A DNA stretch of 15,205 nt from Acidimicrobiia bacterium (GTDB taxonomy: Bacteria > Actinomycetota > Acidimicrobiia > Spongiisociales > Spongiisociaceae): NCBI GenBank assembly GCA_041576165.1, contig JBFGLM010000081.1, positions 1 through 15,205 on the forward strand, read 5' to 3'. Below the pieces are notes generated by a model. That model had not been told where the DNA came from. It ran no database searches and was given only the letters and a program-made list of their open reading frames with translations. The position numbers were made by a program, and so were the translations under genes. Within the stretch, counting starts at the first letter, position 1; each line of letters starts with the position of its first letter. Below are positions 7,894-15,205 of the stretch, in pieces.

Positions 7894-9165
7894 TCAGACG
7901 TCGTAGCGTACGAGGTCCTCGTACGTCTCACGCCGCACGACCAGCCGGGCCCGACCTGCATGCACGAAGACCACCGCGGGGCGCAGCACCTTGTTGTAGT
8001 TGCTCCCCATCGAGTGCCCGTAGGCACCGGTGACCGGCGTGGCGAGAACATCTCCCACCTCCAGATCATCGGGCACCCAACCCGACCGCACCAGCACGTC
8101 ACCCGATTCACAATGCTTCCCCACCACCCGAACTCCGCGGGGCCGGTCGGCGGTGACTTTGCGAGGTAGGAATGTCTCATAGCCGCTGCCGTACAGCACC
8201 GGGCGTGGGTTGTCGCTCATACCGCCGTCGACCGCCACGTAGGTGCGGATGCCGGGGAGATCCTTGATCGTGCCAACCCGGTAGAGCGTCACAGCGGCAG
8301 CCGCGACGACCGCTCGACCGGGTTCGGCCATCACCCGTGCCTCCACCGATTCCTCGGCAGTGGCCTCCTTGATGGTGGTCGCCCACTCCTGAATATCGGG
8401 AGCGGTCTCACCTTCGACGTAGGCCACGCCCAACCCGCCGCCCAGCGACAGATCGGCCAGCCCGAGCGGCCGGGAGAAAGCCGCTACTGCGCGTACGGCC
8501 AACCGGAACGAATCGACGTTGAAAACCTGGCTCCCGATGTGGGCGTGGATGCCATACAACAACACCGCCGGGCTGTCTTTGGCGCGCTTTACGGCCTCGG
8601 CCGCGGCACCGTTGGACACGGTGAAGCCGAACTTGGAATCGTCGGCCCCGGTGGTCAGGTACTCGTGAGTATGAGCCTCCACGCCCGGCGTGATCCGGAT
8701 CAAGACCGGAGCCGGGTCGAAACCCTCCCGGTGGAGCTGCTCGAGACGTTCGAGCTCGTCGAAGGAATCCACCACGATCCGCTCGACGCCCGCCTCGACA
8801 GCCATTCGTAGCTCGATCATCGACTTGTTGTTCCCGTGCATGACCATGTTCGACCCGGGCACCCCGGCCTGGAGGGCCACGAACAGCTCGCCGCCGGTCG
8901 AGACGTCGAAACGCATCCCCTCTTCGTACGCGACCTGCACCATCGCCTTGCACATGAAGGCTTTGGTGGCGTAGTAGGCGTTGCCGTCGAACGCCTCAGC
9001 TGCGATGCGGCACCGGCGCCGTAGATGTGCCTCGTCATATACGAACAGGGGGGTTCCAAACTCGTCGGCGAGTTCGGTGAGATGGCGACCGGCCACCAGC
9101 AACCGGCCGTCGCCGGTGATGGCGGCAGAGTCGGGCAGCAGCGAGGTCGGGATTGGGCCCGCCAT
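7894..9165 (-). CDS. lysA: Diaminopimelate decarboxylase
   Basis: Start taken at ATG 9165 (MAGPIPTSLLP); 423 aa. FGTPLFVYDE, PLP lysine YATKAF, HGNNKS, SKFG, HAHIGSQ, LGGGLG, EPGR, VDGGMSDNPRP.LY, HCESGD, TGAYG..M.SNYN. Confidence 0.96.
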   Translation of the reverse strand: MAGPIPTSLLPDSAAITGDGRLLVAGRHLTELADEFGTPLFVYDEAHLRRRCRIAAEAFDGNAYYATKAFMCKAMVQVAYEEGMRFDVSTGGELFVALQAGVPGSNMVMHGNNKSMIELRMAVEAGVERIVVDSFDELERLEQLHREGFDPAPVLIRITPGVEAHTHEYLTTGADDSKFGFTVSNGAAAEAVKRAKDSPAVLLYGIHAHIGSQVFNVDSFRLAVRAVAAFSRPLGLADLSLGGGLGVAYVEGETAPDIQEWATTIKEATAEESVEARVMAEPGRAVVAAAAVTLYRVGTIKDLPGIRTYVAVDGGMSDNPRPVLYGSGYETFLPRKVTADRPRGVRVVGKHCESGDVLVRSGWVPDDLEVGDVLATPVTGAYGHSMGSNYNKVLRPAVVFVHAGRARLVVRRETYEDLVRYDV

Positions 9166-9268
9166 AGGAGCACGGATCGTAGCGGTGGCCCAGACCCGGC
9201 CGGTGCGGGCGATGGCCGAGGATTGGGACTGAGGACGTACAATCCTGCGTCCTCGATTGGGAGAACTC
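9166..9268. promoter_or_regulatory. Divergent lysA/hom promoter region
   Basis: Plus-strand TACAAT (9238-9243) and GGGAG RBS (9259-9263) for hom. Minus-strand TACGAT (9176-9181) 10 nt before the lysA ATG with no SD. Confidence 0.55.
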
Positions 9269-10552
9269 ATGAAGGTTGGTGTGGGTTTCTTGGGAGCCGG
9301 CACCGTGGGCGGCTCGCTGCTGCGACGCCTCGTCGAACAACACGCAGCCATCGCAGCTAAGTCCGGCATCGAGCTCGATGTCCGACGGGTGGCAGTCCGC
9401 GACCTCGCCAAACCGCGCAATTTTGATGTTCCCGCGGAGGTTCTGACGGAAGACCCGGCGGAAGTGGTGGCCGACGATCGAGTCGACCTGGTGGTGGAGG
9501 TCATGGGCGGCCTTGACCCCACCGGTGACCTCGTGCTGGAGGCGCTCAAGTCCGGAAAGCCGGTAGTGACTGCCAACAAGGCCCTGGTGGCAGCCCGTGG
9601 TATGGAGCTGATCAGCGCCGCCGAGGCGTCGGGAGTACCGCTGCTGTTCGAGGCCGCGGTCGGTGGGGGTATACCCATCATTCGACCGCTGTCCGAGTCC
9701 TTGGCGGGCGAGCGCATCACGCGGGTGTTGGGGATCGTCAATGGAACCACCAACTTCATCCTTACCAAGATGATCGAAGACGGGTTGGCATATGCCGACG
9801 TGCTGGCCGAGGCGCAAGCGCTCGGGTATGCAGAAGCCGATCCCACGGCCGACGTGTCGGGGGCAGATGCGGCCGACAAGGCGGCCATTCTCGCGTCGCT
9901 GGCGTTCGGCACCTGGGTCGGCAGCGACCGGGTCTTCCGCGAGGGAATCGATCGGCTCCAGCAGAAGGATTTCGCGTTTGCCGACAACCTGGGTTACCGG
10001 CCGAAGTTGCTGGCGATCGCCGAAGAGGGGGATGAGGGGATCGCAGTGCGGGTCCACCCCGCGTTCGTGCCGGTCGACCATCCGCTCGCCTCCGTGCGGG
10101 GCGCCACGAACGCAGTGTTCATCGAGGGTCCCGCCATCGGGGAGTTGCTGTTCACCGGTCCGGGAGCCGGCGGAGATCCCACCGCCACCGCCGTACTCGG
10201 TGACGTGATCGACGCGGCCCGTGAGCTGCTGGCTGGGGCCCCCGTGAAACCCCCCATCCGCTTCGCACCCGGCAAGATCCAGGACTTCGCTGACGTCGCC
10301 ACCAAGTGGTATCTGCGGCTGGAGGTGGCCGACCGGCCCGGGGTGCTCGCTCAAATCGCCGCGGTGTTCGGCGACAACGACGTATCGATCAAGTCGGTGT
10401 GGCAGGAGGGCCGCAGCGATGCCGCCACGCTGTTGCTGGTGACCCACGACGCCATCGAAAGCAACCTGCGCGCCGCCCGCGATGCGCTCGCATCACTGGA
10501 AGTCGTCCGTCAGGTGGCGGCGGTGGTGCGGGTGCAAAGCGACGAGCCGTGA
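9269..10552 (+). CDS. hom: Homoserine dehydrogenase with C-terminal ACT domain
   Basis: ATG 9269; 427 aa. GFLGAGTVG, VVEVMGG, VVTANK, FEAAVGGGIP, GIVNGTTNFIL, AQALGYAEADPTADVSG.DAA.K, GPGAGG.PTA.AV, ACT domain LEVADRPGVLAQIA. Confidence 0.96.
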   Translation: MKVGVGFLGAGTVGGSLLRRLVEQHAAIAAKSGIELDVRRVAVRDLAKPRNFDVPAEVLTEDPAEVVADDRVDLVVEVMGGLDPTGDLVLEALKSGKPVVTANKALVAARGMELISAAEASGVPLLFEAAVGGGIPIIRPLSESLAGERITRVLGIVNGTTNFILTKMIEDGLAYADVLAEAQALGYAEADPTADVSGADAADKAAILASLAFGTWVGSDRVFREGIDRLQQKDFAFADNLGYRPKLLAIAEEGDEGIAVRVHPAFVPVDHPLASVRGATNAVFIEGPAIGELLFTGPGAGGDPTATAVLGDVIDAARELLAGAPVKPPIRFAPGKIQDFADVATKWYLRLEVADRPGVLAQIAAVFGDNDVSIKSVWQEGRSDAATLLLVTHDAIESNLRAARDALASLEVVRQVAAVVRVQSDEP

Positions 10553-11940
10553 GGTACATCTCGACCCGGGGCAGGGCGGCGCCGGTCGATTTCCAAACGG
10601 CCTTACTGACTGGCCTCGCTCCCGATGGTGGCCTGTATTTGCCGGACCGCTGGCCCCGGCTGGATGCTACCGACCTGGCTGCACTGGAAAATGCTCCGTA
10701 TCCGGCTTTCGTCGCGGCCACGCTCGCCGGCTTCACCGATGGTTTTGCCGACCACGACGAGTTGCTGGACATGGCTCACGCGGCATATGCCGGGTTCAGC
10801 CATCCCGATGTCGCCCCTATGCGGGACCTGGGGGACGAGATGTATCTGCTCGAGCTGTTCTGGGGCCCGACGCTGGCGTTCAAGGACATGGCGATGCAGA
10901 TGCTCGCCCGAATGTTGGATCGGACCCTCGCCGCCGCCGGGTCTCGAGCCACCGTGCTGGGCGCCACGTCGGGAGACACCGGGTCGGCGGCGATCGAAGC
11001 CTTCCGGGACCGGGAGAACCTCGACGTCGTCATCCTCTACCCGCATGGTCGGGTGTCGGAGGTGCAGCGGCGGCAGATGACCACGGTGGCATCCCCCAAT
11101 GTCCACGCGTTGGCGGTCGACGGCACCTTCGACGATTGCCAGGACCTCGTCAAGGGGCTGTTTGCAGATACGGGGCTGCGAGCCCGCTACGGGCTCTCCA
11201 CGGCCAACTCGATCAACTGGGGCAGGGTGGTGTCCCAGATTCCCTATTACGTCTGGGCGTCCAGTCGGCTCGCCACGCCGCACCGCCCGGTCACCTTTGC
11301 GGTCCCGAGCGGGAACTTCGGGAACGTGTTCTCCGGATATGCCGCCCGGGTGATGGGCCTTCCGATCACACGGCTGGCCGTCGGCAGCAACCAGAACCAC
11401 GTGCTGACGACGTTTTTCGAGGAAGGGCGCCTCACCCTCGGCCCGGTCGTGCCGACGGTGGCGCCTTCCATGGACATCCAGATCCCGTCGAACCTCGAGC
11501 GGCTGCTGTACTACCTGCTCGACGAAGACGGACCAGCCCTCACAGAGGCAATGACTGCGCTGCGTTCGAACGGTTCGCTCGAGGTGGGCGCTGATCAACG
11601 GACGACAGCGGCAACCGTCTTTTCCAGCAGCTGGATTGACGACGACGGGATCCGCCGGACGATGCGCCGGGCGCTGGCCGAGACCGGGTACCTGGTTGAC
11701 CCCCACACTGCGGTCGGCCTGCATGCCGCATCGCAGGTGTCGGACCGGCCGGTGGTTGCGCTCGCAACCGCTCATCCGGCGAAATTCCCCGCCACGGTGC
11801 AGGCCGCAACGGGGGACGACCCGTCGCTACCTCCCCACCTGGCGGATCTCCATGATCTGGCAGAGCACACCCACCGGGTCCCGGCCGAGTTAGATGCGGT
11901 CCGGGCGTATCTCGAAGCGGAGCTCAAAGGCGCCGGGTGA
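10549..11940 (+). CDS. thrC: Threonine synthase, long (class II) form
   Basis: GTG 10549 overlaps the hom stop as GTGA; 463 aa. YISTRG, GLAPDGGLYLP, PLP lysine in LFWGPTLAFKD, ATSGDTGSAA, NSINWGR, VPSGNFGN, PSMDI, DPHTA, ATAHPAKF. Confidence 0.96.
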   Translation: MRYISTRGRAAPVDFQTALLTGLAPDGGLYLPDRWPRLDATDLAALENAPYPAFVAATLAGFTDGFADHDELLDMAHAAYAGFSHPDVAPMRDLGDEMYLLELFWGPTLAFKDMAMQMLARMLDRTLAAAGSRATVLGATSGDTGSAAIEAFRDRENLDVVILYPHGRVSEVQRRQMTTVASPNVHALAVDGTFDDCQDLVKGLFADTGLRARYGLSTANSINWGRVVSQIPYYVWASSRLATPHRPVTFAVPSGNFGNVFSGYAARVMGLPITRLAVGSNQNHVLTTFFEEGRLTLGPVVPTVAPSMDIQIPSNLERLLYYLLDEDGPALTEAMTALRSNGSLEVGADQRTTAATVFSSSWIDDDGIRRTMRRALAETGYLVDPHTAVGLHAASQVSDRPVVALATAHPAKFPATVQAATGDDPSLPPHLADLHDLAEHTHRVPAELDAVRAYLEAELKGAG

Positions 11941-11982
11941 GCCGGCCACACCACGCGGCAGCCGGGTATCGGCCAGGTCCGC

Positions 11983-12011
11983 TTGGAACTTCCCGAACTC
12001 TCACCTATGAT
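11983..12011 (+). promoter_or_regulatory. Housekeeping sigma70-type promoter for rho
   Basis: TTGGAA (11983-11988), 17 bp spacer, TATGAT (12006-12011). Confidence 0.7.
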
Positions 12012-12017
12012 GTGCCT

Positions 12018-12164
12018 ACCACCCCGGAGCCGCGGGTGGTTCCAGAGCCCCACTGAGCCGCTGGCGTGCTGGCAGCGGGGATCCATCGTTCGCTCCCTTT
12101 CGTCTGGCCAAATATCGGACGAAACCATCGAACAGGTCAGGCTCTTTTTCTTCGAAAGGACGAC
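12018..12164 (+). promoter_or_regulatory. Structured ~147-nt 5' leader of rho (candidate cis-regulatory RNA)
   Basis: Three hairpins, a long-range closing stem and a pyrimidine tract CTCTTTTTCTTC before the AAAGGA RBS; see findings. Confidence 0.5.
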
Positions 12165-13724
<1,560 letters not shown>

Positions 13725-13786
13725 ACCCCGGCGCTCGGCAACCGCCCTGCATCCGGTACGCTCGAAGCCTTGAAGAAGGAGTATCC

Positions 13787-14077
13787 GTGAAAGCCGATAT
13801 CCACCCCGAGTACCGGGAAGTCGTGTTCCAGGACACGTCGTCCGACTTCGCGTTCCTGACACGCTCAACCGTCGAAACCGACGAGACAATCGAGTGGGAA
13901 GACGGCAACACCTATCCGCTGGCCAAGGTGGAGATCTCCAGCGCCAGTCATCCGTTCTTCACCGGCAAGCAGAAGCTGATCGACACCGGCGGCCGGGTCG
14001 AGCGTTTCCAGCGGCGGTATCAACGCCTCGCCAGCAATCAGCAACCGGCCGAGCAGCCCGCGGCCGAGGACAGCTGA
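13787..14077 (+). CDS. rpmE2: 50S ribosomal protein L31 type B (cysteine-free)
   Basis: GTG start after AAGGAG; 96 aa. [16 protein letters not shown]...FLTRST...[36 protein letters not shown]. No Cys. Confidence 0.95.
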   Translation: MKADIHPEYREVVFQDTSSDFAFLTRSTVETDETIEWEDGNTYPLAKVEISSASHPFFTGKQKLIDTGGRVERFQRRYQRLASNQQPAEQPAAEDS

Positions 14078-14096
14078 CGCTGGCCCGTCTTTCCGC

Positions 14097-15029
14097 ATGA
14101 GCCGTCCTCCCGGAGCGAGCGTCGGCGGCCAGGCCGTCATCGAAGGGGTCATGATGCGCGCCCCGTCGGGGTGGGCGGTCGCGGTGCGCAACCCGGCCGG
14201 AATGATCGAGGCCAAAGCCCACGAACTGCCGCGGCTATCGGCCCGCTCCCGGTGGGCCAAGGTGCCGTTCGTCCGAGGCGTGCTGGTACTGGGCGAGTCG
14301 TTGACGCTCGGCTACCGGGCCCTCACTTGGAGCGCACAACGAGCAGTTGGGGAGGATGAGGAGCCGCTGACCGGACGCCAGATCGCAGTCTCGATGGGCG
14401 TAGCCCTGGTCTTTTTCGTTGCCCTGTTCATGCTCCTGCCACTGGGTGCGGCCCGCCTGGCCGGATTCGGACCTGACTCGGTCTGGTTTCACATCGTCGA
14501 AGCAGTAGTCCGAATCTTCCTCTTCATCGCATACATATGGGCGATCGGCCGGTCGGCAGAGATTCGCCGGGTGTTCCAGTATCACGGCGCCGAGCACATG
14601 ACGATCCACGCGTATGAAGCCGGTGATTCCCTAACCCGCGATGAGATCAGCAAGTATCAGCCGGAACATCCGCGCTGTGGCACCAGCTTCTTGCTCATCG
14701 TGATGATCACCGCGGTGGTCGTCTTCACTCTGGTGGGCGGCTTGCCGTGGTATTCCCTGATCCTCAGCCGTATCGTGCTCATCCCGGTGATCGCCGGCGT
14801 CTCTTACGAAGTGCTGAAGCTGGGAGGGTCCAAGGTGGACAGCGTCTTCGGTCGCGTTTTGACCGCACCGGGCCTGTGGTTGCAGCGTCTCACGACCGGC
14901 GAGCCGGAAGAGGACATGATCGACGTGGCGGTGACCTCGCTGCTGTTTGCGCTGACCGAGGACGAAGTGGCCGAGGTGAAGACTCGCGGCCCGGTCGAGC
15001 CCGGAGCACTCGCCGCCTTCGGAGGCTAA
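14097..15029 (+). CDS. DUF1385 (YqhQ-like) predicted metal-dependent membrane protein
   Basis: 310 aa. VGGQAVIEGVMMR, PFVRG, RVFQYHGAEH.TIHAYE, HPRCGTSF, SYE, PGLWLQRLTT.EP, several hydrophobic helices. Confidence 0.92.
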   Translation: MSRPPGASVGGQAVIEGVMMRAPSGWAVAVRNPAGMIEAKAHELPRLSARSRWAKVPFVRGVLVLGESLTLGYRALTWSAQRAVGEDEEPLTGRQIAVSMGVALVFFVALFMLLPLGAARLAGFGPDSVWFHIVEAVVRIFLFIAYIWAIGRSAEIRRVFQYHGAEHMTIHAYEAGDSLTRDEISKYQPEHPRCGTSFLLIVMITAVVVFTLVGGLPWYSLILSRIVLIPVIAGVSYEVLKLGGSKVDSVFGRVLTAPGLWLQRLTTGEPEEDMIDVAVTSLLFALTEDEVAEVKTRGPVEPGALAAFGG

Positions 15030-15032
15030 GTC

Positions 15033-15205
15033 GTGGATGCCAGCCTGATGGCGCGCCTCGACGAAGTGGAGGCCACGTACCGTGACATCGAGGAGCAGCT
15101 CGCGGCTCGAGACGCGACCTCTGACCCCTCCGCTTTCGCGGACTTGAATCGCCGCTATGCCGAGCTGCGGCCGGTAGTGCACGATCTCACGGCGCTCCGG
15201 GCCGC
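15033..15205 (+). CDS. prfA: Peptide chain release factor 1, N-terminal part (truncated by the window edge)
   Basis: Absent from the ORF track. GGAGG (15021-15025) then GTG 15033: MDASLMARLDEVEATYRDIEEQLAARDATSDPSAFADLNRRYAELRPVV, resembling the RF1 N-terminus. Position matches rho-rpmE-prfA synteny. Confidence 0.85.
   Translation, partial: MDASLMARLDEVEATYRDIEEQLAARDATSDPSAFADLNRRYAELRPVVHDLTALRA

Noticed and set aside
9166-9987. Apparent 697-aa LysA fusion
   Set aside because: The extension is the antisense shadow of hom. LysA homology begins near 9165.
10306-10548. N-terminal extension of ThrC
   Set aside because: Overlaps hom in another frame. GTG 10549 gives the canonical xYISTRG start.

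Overview
High-GC, densely coding bacterial window, most likely actinobacterial. An Acidimicrobiia-like origin is my inference from gene order and the poly-Thr lipoprotein linker. The left half (1-7876) is a divergent accessory catabolic cluster. On the minus strand are a Dpp/Opp-type ABC importer (two permeases, a fused double ATPase, a lipoprotein binding protein) and an M20 ArgE/DapE-like metallo-amidohydrolase running off the left edge. On the plus strand are an atypical SDR and an S58/P1 (DmpA/NylC-like) Ntn-hydrolase. The right half (7894-15205) is a rearranged version of the conserved actinobacterial lysA-hom-thrC-thrB-rho-rpmE-prfA block. Here lysA is divergent from hom, thrB is absent, thrC is the long class II type, Rho has a disordered insertion and a structured 5' leader, L31 is the zinc-free type B, and DUF1385 precedes a truncated prfA. 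I see no tRNA, rRNA, CRISPR array or mobile element. Best leads: the transporter plus two amidohydrolases plus SDR cluster, the rho leader RNA, and the type B L31/DUF1385 arrangement. None can be called novel without database searches.
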